Shown here piece after piece: positions 9,039-19,624 of a stretch of 64,000 nucleotides of DNA (position 1 is the stretch's first letter; every line of letters begins with the position of its first letter). The stretch is taken from IMG/VR virus record IMGVR_UViG_3300045988_142718; one strand, 5' to 3'. The translations under genes were made by a program, and so were the position numbers. The DNA is from a virus. Under the pieces are notes generated by a model that searched no databases, was not told where the DNA came from, and saw only the letters and a list, made by a program, of their open reading frames with translations.

Positions 9039-11005
9039 GTAACGAAAAGTCAATGTTACCCAAGGGGTTCGGTATGCCTTTTGTTAAGGTAACAGATTCA
9101 CAGAATAAACCAATCATAGACCCTTTATCGGGATTACCTATAGGTACTTTTGTTACTGGGTTTGAATATACATACCGAGAAGAAAAAGATGATGAATGCT
9201 TTATCACTATCACAACGGAAAATCCTAACCTAATAGATATACCCCAATTCAGAGAACAGCAATATCTGGGAGTACAATGGGGAATCGTTTACCCGGATAA
9301 ATCCTATGCTCCAAGTGCTCCAAGAAAAGTAATGGTAAGGGATACCAACATAAGGTTCTCCGCTCAGGGTATTATCATTACTTTAAAATGTACAGATGGA
9401 TTTTCAATCCTTAAGTCCCAGCAGCTCAAAAAGAATGCTGATGATAATTTTCTCAAATGGATTGAAGACGAGCTAAAGGGAAAGGTTCAATTTAAATCTT
9501 ATATCTATGATGTTAAGGAATCTAAGGAACTTGCTCCTGGGTATGTTTATACTGGTTATTCCTCTATAACAGGGTTAGCCATTCCAACAACAGATCATGG
9601 ATGGTTCTATGGGATGAAGGAAGTTGGGAATGATAAACTTATAAAACGAAGAACATTCGTTCAAGTAGGTAGGACTCCATATACTGCATTAAAGGATGCG
9701 GCAAAGTATATCCCAAATGGTCCATACCATGTAGATGGAAGAGATGATACAGTATCAATCCATCCTACTAATTTCAATCAAGCTCCAGTAGCTTCATTTA
9801 CATGGCATGAAGAAACAGGAGAAATTGTATCATTTAATGTAACCACCAGAAAAAAGCTTAAGGCTTTAGATGTTGCCAAGAAATCTCAAATCGATGGTGA
9901 AACAAAATCCTTAGATTCTGGAGTAACCCAAACAGATGGCTCTTTGCCGGATAATTCAGTAGATGGTATTACTGGAGAAACCATTCCCTCCAATGCTCCC
10001 AACACTTACGATTCTCGAGTAGATGGTATCACAGGAGCTGCAACTAGACCCAGCACAGACAAATATAAAGATGAAGAAGCAACTAAGAAACTCTTAGAGA
10101 AAGACCCTAATTACCTTAGGAAATATGCTCCCGAGTATCTTGAGAAAGTTGTAAATGAATATAAAGCTGCAGGGAATGACCCTATGAAACTAGCTGCTAT
10201 CTCACTGGATAATTATACAGTAAAGGTAAAGGCTAAGGTAAAGGAAACAGTAAACCCCGAAGATTTCAACCCAAAGAGCTCCAGCCCAGTAAAAGTTCAG
10301 GGTAGGATTTCTGGATGGCAATCATTAGAGAGAGATAAAACAATTCAGATAGTCCCAAAAAGTGATGGGTCAAAATATGAATATTGGGATAACCCAGAAG
10401 TAGTTAGAGAAAAGGAAATCGAATTAAATCTCTCTGCTAAGGACCTTTTAGGGTATGCAGGGGATGCGGATTCTTCCAAGATACTCGCATTCAATCAAGT
10501 AAATGATGCTTTACAAAAACAGGTTGAAGCTACAATGGTTACAATTGGGCAACCAACTCTAATGAGTTCCCAGATGCTCTCTATTCAAAATGTTTCTCAA
10601 AAGTACTCTGGAGATTGGTACATTAAAGAAGCTTCTCATAGAATAGATGCCTCCACTGGGTACCTTACTACATTCGAATTAATTAAGAAAACCATTTCAA
10701 ATGGTACAGTGGTTCAATCGGATATAAAAGTAAATACCCAATCCTTAGCAATGAAGGTTCAGAAAATTGCTAATGACCTTACTCCTGCTGAGATTGCTAA
10801 AGCTGAACAAGTAAAGGCATTCCAGGAAAAGATTCTAAAGGAAACCGAAGATATGGGAGAAGTTACAGTAATCACAGGTACTGATGAACAGGGAAGAGAG
10901 TATACCGAGGTACAAGCAAATCAAGATGCAGTATCTTTAAATAAAGCTACTCAGACTGCCAATATTAATAAGAATGATCAAATCCTAAAAGATAAAACAA
11001 AATGA
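9035..11005 (+). CDS. Baseplate hub / late-control gpD-like tail protein
   Basis: 656 aa upstream of the spike gene. The C-terminus YSGDWYIKEASHRIDASTGYLTTFEL resembles gpD family ends. It also has an internal VDGITG repeat. Confidence 0.6.
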   Translation: MSNEKSMLPKGFGMPFVKVTDSQNKPIIDPLSGLPIGTFVTGFEYTYREEKDDECFITITTENPNLIDIPQFREQQYLGVQWGIVYPDKSYAPSAPRKVMVRDTNIRFSAQGIIITLKCTDGFSILKSQQLKKNADDNFLKWIEDELKGKVQFKSYIYDVKESKELAPGYVYTGYSSITGLAIPTTDHGWFYGMKEVGNDKLIKRRTFVQVGRTPYTALKDAAKYIPNGPYHVDGRDDTVSIHPTNFNQAPVASFTWHEETGEIVSFNVTTRKKLKALDVAKKSQIDGETKSLDSGVTQTDGSLPDNSVDGITGETIPSNAPNTYDSRVDGITGAATRPSTDKYKDEEATKKLLEKDPNYLRKYAPEYLEKVVNEYKAAGNDPMKLAAISLDNYTVKVKAKVKETVNPEDFNPKSSSPVKVQGRISGWQSLERDKTIQIVPKSDGSKYEYWDNPEVVREKEIELNLSAKDLLGYAGDADSSKILAFNQVNDALQKQVEATMVTIGQPTLMSSQMLSIQNVSQKYSGDWYIKEASHRIDASTGYLTTFELIKKTISNGTVVQSDIKVNTQSLAMKVQKIANDLTPAEIAKAEQVKAFQEKILKETEDMGEVTVITGTDEQGREYTEVQANQDAVSLNKATQTANINKNDQILKDKTK

Positions 11006-11772
11006 GCCTGGTATATTTAAGGGAAAATGGTTTAGAAGGAATTGGTCGATTCTATTCTACTTACCGTGGAATAGTAATTAATAACGAGGATCCTTTAAAA
11101 CTTAATCGATTACAAATCGAAGTCCCAGATATAACTCAAACATTGGTTTGGGCTTATCCCAAAGGACAGCCTGGACCCTTGCAATCAGGAGCTAAGTATT
11201 TAACTCCAGAAATCAATGATGTAGTTTTCGTGGAATTCCAATCTGGAGACCCGAATTATCCTCTTTGGTCATACTGTGGATGGGCAAAAACTCAAGTACC
11301 ACCAGAATTAGAAAAGAAGGAAGTAATCGGAATAGTTACTCCAAATGGTAACAAAATATTTCTAGATGATGAAACAAACACTACGAAAATTTTGTTGAAG
11401 GTATCCGAGGATAAATTTCATGAGATTACATTGAGCCCAGAGGGTGTAATTATAAAAACTCCTACACCTATTACTCAAGAAACACAATCCACTTGGGACC
11501 AGACTGCAAAAGAGGATCATAATATCCGAGGAAAACTTGTGATATTCAATGATGGGGAAGTTGGTACAACGATGACAGATAAACTCCTTCAGAGATTAAA
11601 CAAGATTGAGGATGATATCAATAACCTTAAACTCGGATTAACTCAAGCAGCTGCAGTAGCTACTCCAATGGATGGAGGTAAAGCAGCATTCCTTTCTTTA
11701 GCTGGGTATGCTAATACACCATTGGTTAAAACAGTAATGGCTGATATCGAACATCAAACAGTAAAACAATGA
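11002..11772 (+). CDS. Baseplate central spike (gpV / gp5 OB-fold)
   Basis: YRGIVINNEDPLKLNRLQIEVP...NDVVFVEFQSGDPNYPLW matches the Phage_base_V/VgrG N-terminal motif. Confidence 0.8.
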   Translation: MSLVYLRENGLEGIGRFYSTYRGIVINNEDPLKLNRLQIEVPDITQTLVWAYPKGQPGPLQSGAKYLTPEINDVVFVEFQSGDPNYPLWSYCGWAKTQVPPELEKKEVIGIVTPNGNKIFLDDETNTTKILLKVSEDKFHEITLSPEGVIIKTPTPITQETQSTWDQTAKEDHNIRGKLVIFNDGEVGTTMTDKLLQRLNKIEDDINNLKLGLTQAAAVATPMDGGKAAFLSLAGYANTPLVKTVMADIEHQTVKQ

Positions 11773-12161
11773 GCGAAAATATATTGGAAAAGTCAATTGG
11801 TTCAGGGCCAACTTTTCCCATCCAACTAACAAGTGGTTCATGGAAACCCAAAAAAGGTTCATTGGAATTAATCGAAGATAACATTATCTCTATCCTGGTT
11901 TATCAAATCGGATTCAGATTAAGGCAAGAGATATTTGGTACTCGAAATTATGAATGCTTGGAAGAACCAAACATAAATGCAACTCGATTATTAGTATATC
12001 GATTTACTAAAGAAGCTATCGAAGCTTGGGAACCAAGAGTAAAACTTTTGGAAACCCAAATACAATTCACTCCTTCAGAAATACAGATTAGGTTAAGATA
12101 CCAAGTTTTAACTAATCAGATGGTTGGAGAACTTGATTTTTCATATCAAAAATCGGCATAG
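11769..12161 (+). CDS. Baseplate wedge protein gpW / gp25-like
   Basis: 130 aa. GSGPTFPI...IEDNIISIL...EIFGTRNYECLEEP...AIEAWEPRV fits the GPW_gp25 family pattern. Confidence 0.8.
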   Translation: MSENILEKSIGSGPTFPIQLTSGSWKPKKGSLELIEDNIISILVYQIGFRLRQEIFGTRNYECLEEPNINATRLLVYRFTKEAIEAWEPRVKLLETQIQFTPSEIQIRLRYQVLTNQMVGELDFSYQKSA

Positions 12162-12163
12162 TT

Positions 12164-13852
12164 ATGGCAATATTAAAGAATCCCTGGTTAGATGTTTTTT
12201 CGAGATCTTACCAATCAATCAAGAGCCAATTGGTTCAAAACATGAGAACTAAGTTGCCCGAAGTTACTGATTATTCTGAGGGTAACATTTTTATTATCTT
12301 ACTTTCCATGTGGTCTTCAGTAGCAGAAGTAATTCATTACTACTTGGATAACATGGCAAGGGAAACTTTCTTTATCTCAGCAAGAAGGTACTCATCCTTA
12401 GTTAAACATTCGAAGTTGGTGGATTATCACATTAAAGCAGCAATCCCAGCTTCTACTGATGTATTAATCCAAATCAATAATGGAGACATGGCTAAGGAAG
12501 ATTATATCATTCCTATTGGTACAACCTTTAATGGTACAAATGGATTAACATATATCTCCACAAAACAGAAAACTTTCTACAAAGATACCTATGGAGTTTA
12601 TGTCCCAGTAGAACAAAAAACATTGGTACCAGAAAAAGATCTTGGAGTAATCTCAGATCCCAATGCTATCATTTATATTGATGAAACAGATGGGTTCTAT
12701 GTTGAGGGTTCTGCAGTATTAAAACTTGGTGGAATTCTTTGGACTTTAGTAGAAACATTAGGATATTCTGGGCCTAATGATAAGCATTATATGGTAGAAT
12801 TAACTGAGGATCAAAAACCCTACATTGTATTTGGTGATGGGATGTATGGTGAAAAACCTGCAGTGAATTCCCCAATATTACTCAGCTACTTCATCACAAA
12901 AGGTGAAGCGGGTAATGATGCTGAGAATACCATTACCTCAGTAGATGGAGATCTTGGTATCAAGGACATGACTATCACAAATCCGAATAGAATTACTGGT
13001 GGTTCAAATTATGAAAACTTTGATATGCTAAAGGAACATGTTCCTTTAAACATCAGAACACTTGGAGTAGCAATCACCAAACAAGATTACATAGATGTAA
13101 CTAAACTTGCTCCTGGTGTAGATAAAGCATACATCGATTTTAGGTGTGGTAAATTTGTGGATATCTATATTATCCCAGATGGAGGAGGGGTTGCCTCGGA
13201 ATCTTTAAGGGATGCAACTTATCGATATGTTTCAAGTAAGAAAATCATCACTACAAATATCCGAGTATTACCTGCTGGTAGTTCCTATGTAGTTTTGAAC
13301 TTAACAGTAACTGGTATGCCATCATTAAGAAGTAATATTATTTCTGATGATATACTGAGAGCTTTGGTTCAGAATTATGATTACAGTAATTCGGATATCA
13401 ACAAGGTAATCAGATTATCCGATTTATATGCCCTCATCGATAATTTGAGTACAGTGGATTATCTTACTATCGATAGTATTTATACAATCCCTTACCCAAA
13501 CAAATCCGAGGACACAGAAACAGATTTAAATCTGAGTAACTTTAAAGTTAATTCCATAGAAGATGAAGTAAATTATACGATATCTTATTTGGAGAAAGAT
13601 ACCTTTACCATTGCTTCAGAATTTGGAGAAGTTTATTCTACTTTCCTTGGTTCTCCAATCACAATCATCTCAGAAAGTGCGGGAGTAAACTTTACATTCA
13701 CAATTGGTAATCCTTTATCTGGAGCTTACAAAATCGGAGATACTTGGGAAATGAAAGTGATACCAAATGGTAAAGACCAGATTATCAATGATTACTCAGT
13801 ACCAAGAATCATTGCAAGCAATGTACATATTAATGTAATCGAAACATCATGA
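12164..13852 (+). CDS. Baseplate protein J-like (gp6-like)
   Basis: 562 aa directly after gpW, matching the V-W-J-I order. Confidence 0.7.
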   Translation: MAILKNPWLDVFSRSYQSIKSQLVQNMRTKLPEVTDYSEGNIFIILLSMWSSVAEVIHYYLDNMARETFFISARRYSSLVKHSKLVDYHIKAAIPASTDVLIQINNGDMAKEDYIIPIGTTFNGTNGLTYISTKQKTFYKDTYGVYVPVEQKTLVPEKDLGVISDPNAIIYIDETDGFYVEGSAVLKLGGILWTLVETLGYSGPNDKHYMVELTEDQKPYIVFGDGMYGEKPAVNSPILLSYFITKGEAGNDAENTITSVDGDLGIKDMTITNPNRITGGSNYENFDMLKEHVPLNIRTLGVAITKQDYIDVTKLAPGVDKAYIDFRCGKFVDIYIIPDGGGVASESLRDATYRYVSSKKIITTNIRVLPAGSSYVVLNLTVTGMPSLRSNIISDDILRALVQNYDYSNSDINKVIRLSDLYALIDNLSTVDYLTIDSIYTIPYPNKSEDTETDLNLSNFKVNSIEDEVNYTISYLEKDTFTIASEFGEVYSTFLGSPITIISESAGVNFTFTIGNPLSGAYKIGDTWEMKVIPNGKDQIINDYSVPRIIASNVHINVIETS

Positions 13853-14841
13853 TAAACTTTCATGCTTTAATGGATTTACTCCCCTCTTATTTTAAAGCCT
13901 TCGATACTTACAAGGATCAAAATGATAAGGGAGTATTAGAAAGGTTCTTAGAATTAATCGGAGAATCTGTTGTTGATGATACTGATAGGAATTCATCGAT
14001 GTTGCCCAATATAGATAATATCCTTGACATCATCGATGTAGAAACTACCAGAGCGGGATTGCTCGATTATATCTATGATTTTTTAGGGGCTCCTCCACAA
14101 GAATATACTACTCCAGTAACAGAAGGAGAATTTTTACATAATCCTCCATTCTATGTATGGTACTTGGAATACAATGTTCAGTTGGAATATTCTACTAAAC
14201 TGGGATATAAACCAGAGAATGCTCAAAGGGTAGTAAAATACTACTCAGCTATTGACCGAAGGTTGATAAGGTATGTAGTATCCCTATATAAAATCCGAGG
14301 AACAGAAAAGTTCTACAGGGTATTACTTACTGCATATTTTAAACTTAAAGGTTACACATTAGAAGAGGAAAACTTATTAACCACTATCGTTGGTAAAGCA
14401 AGATATGATACATCATTAACATATGATAGCAATTATCAATACGATGGTGATTCCACAGATTGTAAAGCTTGCTCAAGTTACATCATTGATTTAACCTCAG
14501 TAGCCTCAACCCTTAAACCAGAAGAACAAGCTCGATTGGAAAGGGTGCTTGCTAAGTATGCTCCAATTAATGTTCAATTAATGGTTGCTTATGCTTTCTG
14601 TAATATTATCGTAAGTACACAGGGTCCATCCATCGAAGAGGGCATGGTGGTTGTTACTGGTAATACAGATAAAGCAGTAAGAGGATATGATCATACGGTT
14701 AGTATTTATTACGAATCCAATATCATATTCTTGGGCTGGTATGATAACCAAGGAACACTACTCTCTACAAGTTTTTCTTATACATTTAAAGTAACAGAAT
14801 CTACTCAAATCATTGCAAAATATGAAAGAGATGACTTATGA
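13849..14841 (+). CDS. Baseplate/tail protein I-like with a C-terminal B-repeat-like domain
   Basis: It lies after the J-like gene. The C-terminus FLGWYDNQGTLLSTSFSYTFKVTESTQIIAKY matches the repeat unit of the fibre gene. Confidence 0.5.
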   Translation: MINFHALMDLLPSYFKAFDTYKDQNDKGVLERFLELIGESVVDDTDRNSSMLPNIDNILDIIDVETTRAGLLDYIYDFLGAPPQEYTTPVTEGEFLHNPPFYVWYLEYNVQLEYSTKLGYKPENAQRVVKYYSAIDRRLIRYVVSLYKIRGTEKFYRVLLTAYFKLKGYTLEEENLLTTIVGKARYDTSLTYDSNYQYDGDSTDCKACSSYIIDLTSVASTLKPEEQARLERVLAKYAPINVQLMVAYAFCNIIVSTQGPSIEEGMVVVTGNTDKAVRGYDHTVSIYYESNIIFLGWYDNQGTLLSTSFSYTFKVTESTQIIAKYERDDL

Positions 14842-15452
14842 TATTATTACAACAAATTCAGGATATTGATAAACTAACCAAGGTATCTTTAGAACTTGCC
14901 GAAGCAGCATCTAATTATGGAGCATTAAAAATTATCTTTGGTGTCTTCATGGTGATGATGTTATTAATCGTATTGGTATTCGTATCCCAGTCAGTATTTT
15001 TAATCAAAAGGGTTCAAGGGATTTCCGATGTATCCGATAAAATTGATAATTATTTCGAAGGATTATCAGAATCCGATATTGGTAAGGAAGAAGCTAATTC
15101 GATGATTAGGGAAGTTCTAAATCGCAATTCAGTACTTATTAAGTATTATATAATCCGAGTAAGATCCGAGAACCATATTTCTGATAAAGAAAACACAGAA
15201 TTAAAAATTCAAAGGATCCTTAAAAATATCCATTCAGAAACTTCCACATTTTTAAATAAATTTCGATATAAGTCCAAACCTCTGGGAGTATACTTAGATG
15301 TAGAAACGGATACTGAAAATTTATTTAATCTGATGTTAGAGCAAATCTACATACCAAAAGAACATTTTCAATTATCTCAAATGGACCAATCAATCGAATT
15401 ATTTATGCAAGGTTTGAAACTGAATTATGTAACTAAAATAGAAAACTCATGA
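14838..15452 (+). CDS. Single-pass membrane protein (possible lysis accessory)
   Basis: Hydrophobic helix IIFGVFMVMMLLIVLVFVSQSVFLI. The gene overlaps the amidase start. Confidence 0.5.
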   Translation: MILLQQIQDIDKLTKVSLELAEAASNYGALKIIFGVFMVMMLLIVLVFVSQSVFLIKRVQGISDVSDKIDNYFEGLSESDIGKEEANSMIREVLNRNSVLIKYYIIRVRSENHISDKENTELKIQRILKNIHSETSTFLNKFRYKSKPLGVYLDVETDTENLFNLMLEQIYIPKEHFQLSQMDQSIELFMQGLKLNYVTKIENS

Positions 15453-16066
15453 ACACTAAATCATTATGTATTATCTTAGACCCCGCACATGGAAATGATG
15501 TAAAGGGTAAATGCTCTCCAGATGGTACTCACAAAGAATACCTCTGGAGTAGAGAAATTTGTAAAAAACTTGCAAGTAGGTTAGACACAATTGGATACGA
15601 GGTACATTTTACTACCCTAGGTTTAAAAGAACCAGGATTATCTAAACGAAAACTTGAAGCTAACAGTATCCCTACTTCCAATATAAAATTACTTATCTCT
15701 TTACACAATAATGCAGCGGGAGATGGTAGTACTTGGTACACTGCTTCTGGTGTAGAGATTTATACCTCTCCGGGAAAAACTCAATCCGATATCTTCTCTT
15801 CAATGATGTATGGGCAATTAAAAAAGGATTTCCCTAAACTCAAATTTCGATATGGGTCTCCCGATATGCAGGATTGTGATAAGGATGCTAACTTCACAGT
15901 ATTAATGGGAAATTATTATGCCATGCTTATCGAATGGTTATTCCAAGATAACAGAGAAGAGGTAAATATGCTAAAGGATGAAAAGATAAATAATGCCTTC
16001 TGTGAATCCCTGATAAAAGGAATCGAAGATATAAACCAATATGTATATGAACACTTAAAAAAGTAA
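15449..16066 (+). CDS. N-acetylmuramoyl-L-alanine amidase (Amidase_3), endolysin
   Basis: ILDPAHGN, HKEYLWSREI and LLISLHNNA supply the Zn-ligand H/E/H pattern of Amidase_3. Confidence 0.85.
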   Translation: MNTKSLCIILDPAHGNDVKGKCSPDGTHKEYLWSREICKKLASRLDTIGYEVHFTTLGLKEPGLSKRKLEANSIPTSNIKLLISLHNNAAGDGSTWYTASGVEIYTSPGKTQSDIFSSMMYGQLKKDFPKLKFRYGSPDMQDCDKDANFTVLMGNYYAMLIEWLFQDNREEVNMLKDEKINNAFCESLIKGIEDINQYVYEHLKK

Positions 16067-16070
16067 ACCT

Positions 16071-19031
16071 ATGGGACAGATTCGGTATCATGATTACTTA
16101 TCCGAGATCAGGTCTAAGAAAGCTAGTGAAGCTGTTGCTATTCCAATTGGAATTGGACCATTATTTGGATATAATGTAATCTTTTATGATGGAACTACTC
16201 TGTTGATTTCAGCAGACGATACAAAGAATTTCCGTCATAACTTAACAAACGAAAGAAATGTGTTGGTTAATCCCAAATCTGCATGTATCACACCAGATGG
16301 GATTTTAACTTTAGAATCCTCAGAATTGGAGGTACCTCTAAGCTTAGGTAAATTTACTGGAGTAAAAGAGGTAGCTTTAATCGCAACTCATCTCTTCTCC
16401 AAACAAGAAGGTGGTACAATTACATCTTACAGAGTTTATGTAAACCCAGATCAGCAAGATGCTTGGACACCTAAATTAAAACAATCAAGCTCCACAATGG
16501 AAACTTGGCTATCCTTATTAAGCGGTACTCTTAGAAGGAACCAAGAAGTAGTACTTGCAATGTTCTCTGTAGAAGTTGTTGGAGAAGATTACCTTATCAA
16601 GGATATTATGAATCCTTATAATTATATGTGGGGAGAAACAGATTATGTACCCTTATCAAGGTATGAAGCTGATATGGCTAACCTAAATCTGTTAATCCCT
16701 AAATATGATTCAAGGTCAATTGGACTTTCAAACTTTACTCAGAAAGTAAGTAAGCGAAAATATACTAATGGAACACTTACTCGATTTAATAAATCCAACA
16801 TTGTTACTATCGAAGACCCTGGCCTTACACTAAATACTCTGGGTGATGCAGTAAACTTAGTGGGAGGTATCCATTTGGATTTCTCTTCTCTTCAAATGAG
16901 TTTAGAAGATCAATTAGTTGCCGAGCTCTCTGCAACCATGGATTATATAATGCCTACTCCACTCAATGTTAAATTCCAAACTCCAGTAGCTTTTAACTGG
17001 TTAAGGAACAACTCACAAAATGAAGACACTGGAGAAAAAATTCAACAAACCAATTACAGTGTATATGGGCTGTTGAATATGTATGAAAGTAATTTCCAAT
17101 TAGTACTTCAGTTCTACCCAGTTGGAGATCAAGATACCAATCCAAATCTTATTGCTTCGGATGTACATTGTAAGGCAGATTTTACAATGGATATCTCAAG
17201 AATGATATCTTTGGTTGATATGTATGATCTGAACATTGAAGTTGTTTCTGCGGCAGGTACTACTGGTTCAGGTGAAGTAACTGGAGCAGGTAGATATAAA
17301 CGAGGATCTCTTGTAACCATAGTTGCCTCTCCCACCAGTGGTTCTGGATTTGTTGGATGGTATGATGGTGATGCTTTGATCTCCAATGAACAAGTTTATC
17401 GAATAGAAGTTAAAAAGAACACAAACTTAAAGGCAATCTTTAATGGTTCTTCTACAAAGGTAAAAGTTAGTGTTACAGTTAATCCCGCTGGTAAGGCTAC
17501 GATTAGTGGAGAAGGGATGTATTCTATTAATACTCAAGCTACACTTCAGTGTGTACCAGTAACTGGGTATGGATTCGATTATTGGGAAATCGATGGAGTA
17601 AGATACACAATTAATCCTTTAACATTTGGGGTAACTAAAACTACGAATGTTACTTGTAAATTGGTACCACCAAAACGAGATCTAACATTATTGGGTTCTC
17701 CAAGTGGTATCTTCCAATTATCAGGTGCAGGAGCTTATTCTGTAAATGACCCAGTAACAGTAAAGGCAAACCTTCTTTCTCAGGATTATGAATTTGCTGG
17801 ATGGTATAGAGATTCTGTTATACCCTCTAATCTGATATCCACAAATGCTACTCATTCATTCAATATGCCAGATCAGGATTTGGTTCTATATGCTTCAGCT
17901 AACGAAAAGATCGTAGAAAATTATTTCGAAATCAGAGTAAGCTCTGGTGCTGGTGGTACAACATCTCCTGCTGGTGTAAATTCATATAAGGAGGGTACTA
18001 CAATTAGAATTACTGCTCAACCTGCTAGTGGATATTCATTCTTGGAATGGAGAGCTGGAGGACCTAGTGGTATTAAGTTGGATTATCCTGCAAGCTTCCA
18101 GCATACGGTTACTGGAGATTATTATTTCTATGCTCTATTCATGAAAGATGAAGAACCAGAACCAGAACAGGTATTGATTAAAACCAATTCTGATAGAGGT
18201 GGTTTAACTGAACCAATGTCTCAATATTATGCTAAGGGTTCAAGGGTAACCATTACCGCTACTCCGTGGTCAGATTATAATTTCGTTGAATGGAGACTTG
18301 GAGGTAGGGATGGACAAGTAGTATCTAGATCTGCTAGTTATACATTCACTGCTAATTCCAGTGCTACATATTGGGCTGTATTCAAAGAGAAACCAGAAGA
18401 GACATATCCAGTACATATTAAAGTAAGTACTGATGGAAAATGTCAATATGTTCTTTCACATAGCACTGCTTCTGGTGGAAGTCAAGCTCCAGATACTGGA
18501 GTAACATCTGCTACTACAACTAAGGATTGGAATTTGCCTAAGGGTGCTGTAATCCAGGTAGTAGCTCAGGATGGTAGTTCTAAATTCAATAGATGGGAAT
18601 ATACGGTTAATGGAGAGTACACTGGTACTACGGATCATCAAGTTCAATTTGTGGTTCCTGGAGCTCTTAATATCGATATTAAAGCGGTTAGTAAAGAAGA
18701 TCCAGAACCTCCACAACAGACCGTGAAAGTTTCACTGAATCTCACAAAAAATAATACTCCTTCAATTGGAGATATTAATATCTATAGAAATGGTAGTATT
18801 ATGGGGACACATAAACTTTCAAGTTTACCATTATCATTCCCAGCTCAAACTTTTGTTGTAGGGGATAAACTTCATATTGGTTTGCCCGGTGTAGTAGTAA
18901 CTCGAATTAGAACTGCACATCAAGTAAGTGGTGATTACCGAGATTATACTGATTCTGGTAATACTTCTCGGGATATAACCATAGAAGCGGGTTCAACCAT
19001 TATAAGCTGGGCAATAGAAGGTAAAGGTTAA
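16071..19031 (+). CDS. Tail fibre / receptor-binding protein with tandem B-repeat domains
   Basis: 986 aa with six to seven units of about 75 aa, each carrying G(Y/S)xFxxW...(A/L)(I/V/L)F. Confidence 0.7.
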   Translation: MGQIRYHDYLSEIRSKKASEAVAIPIGIGPLFGYNVIFYDGTTLLISADDTKNFRHNLTNERNVLVNPKSACITPDGILTLESSELEVPLSLGKFTGVKEVALIATHLFSKQEGGTITSYRVYVNPDQQDAWTPKLKQSSSTMETWLSLLSGTLRRNQEVVLAMFSVEVVGEDYLIKDIMNPYNYMWGETDYVPLSRYEADMANLNLLIPKYDSRSIGLSNFTQKVSKRKYTNGTLTRFNKSNIVTIEDPGLTLNTLGDAVNLVGGIHLDFSSLQMSLEDQLVAELSATMDYIMPTPLNVKFQTPVAFNWLRNNSQNEDTGEKIQQTNYSVYGLLNMYESNFQLVLQFYPVGDQDTNPNLIASDVHCKADFTMDISRMISLVDMYDLNIEVVSAAGTTGSGEVTGAGRYKRGSLVTIVASPTSGSGFVGWYDGDALISNEQVYRIEVKKNTNLKAIFNGSSTKVKVSVTVNPAGKATISGEGMYSINTQATLQCVPVTGYGFDYWEIDGVRYTINPLTFGVTKTTNVTCKLVPPKRDLTLLGSPSGIFQLSGAGAYSVNDPVTVKANLLSQDYEFAGWYRDSVIPSNLISTNATHSFNMPDQDLVLYASANEKIVENYFEIRVSSGAGGTTSPAGVNSYKEGTTIRITAQPASGYSFLEWRAGGPSGIKLDYPASFQHTVTGDYYFYALFMKDEEPEPEQVLIKTNSDRGGLTEPMSQYYAKGSRVTITATPWSDYNFVEWRLGGRDGQVVSRSASYTFTANSSATYWAVFKEKPEETYPVHIKVSTDGKCQYVLSHSTASGGSQAPDTGVTSATTTKDWNLPKGAVIQVVAQDGSSKFNRWEYTVNGEYTGTTDHQVQFVVPGALNIDIKAVSKEDPEPPQQTVKVSLNLTKNNTPSIGDINIYRNGSIMGTHKLSSLPLSFPAQTFVVGDKLHIGLPGVVVTRIRTAHQVSGDYRDYTDSGNTSRDITIEAGSTIISWAIEGKG
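17235..18689 (+). repeat. Coding tandem array of Listeria-Bacteroides (Flg_new / InlB B-repeat-like) domains
   Basis: Repeat cores are GFVGWYDG, GFDYWEIDG, EFAGWYRD, SFLEWRAGG, NFVEWRLGG and KFNRWEYT. Each lies about 30 aa upstream of a hydrophobic xxF/V end. Confidence 0.65.
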
Positions 19032-19144
19032 TTCTTCTGTTCTTAGGTTTTTTATATGTTGGTGGGAGAGGGTACCTTGTGAAAGGCCTTCTCCTTACTA
19101 TTTTTTAATGTAAATCCTATGTTAAACTAAAATTTCATAACAAA

Positions 19145-19528
19145 ATGTTACTCAAGAAGTTAATTATTATGTTGAACATGCTTTTAATGTTCACAGTGGG
19201 AATCGCTGCTCAAACTGCAATGGGTTTAAGTAAAGAAGTTGTTGAACCTGGGCTTGTAACGGACTTTGCATCTTTTACAGGGATCATGACTTTAATCTCA
19301 TTGGTAGTAACCCAGCTATCAAAATTAATTCCATCCATCGAAGAAAAGAGATGGGCTAAACCATTAGTTTCAATTGTAGTGGGAATTTTATCATGCTTAT
19401 TCGGATGGATACTACAAATTTCTCCAGTATTAGAGGGATTAATCTGGTATATGGTAATTCCATATGGAGTATTTGCTGGGCTTTCTGCTTGCGGATTGTA
19501 TAGTATACTTAAACCATTAATCGAATGA
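19145..19528 (+). CDS. Multi-pass membrane protein, holin candidate
   Basis: 127 aa with three to four hydrophobic segments. It is the last gene of the tail/lysis block. Confidence 0.45.
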   Translation: MLLKKLIIMLNMLLMFTVGIAAQTAMGLSKEVVEPGLVTDFASFTGIMTLISLVVTQLSKLIPSIEEKRWAKPLVSIVVGILSCLFGWILQISPVLEGLIWYMVIPYGVFAGLSACGLYSILKPLIE

Positions 19529-19581
19529 ATCTTTCCTCCCAAACGGGAATAGGTATAACATTATAATAAGATAACACATTT

Positions 19582-19616
19582 AACCCAGACTCTATCAATT
19601 AGGGCCTGGGTTTTTT
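19582..19616. terminator. Hairpin between convergent genes
   Basis: Stem aacccag / ctgggtt followed by a T-run. Confidence 0.55.
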
Positions 19617-19624
19617 GTTGTAGA

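Noticed and set aside
19063-19105. Possible terminator after the fibre gene (ggagaggg...ccttctcc).
   Set aside because: The stem is interrupted by a mismatch and the T-run is not adjacent. It is too weak to call, although it contains one of the rare AAGGCCTT sites.
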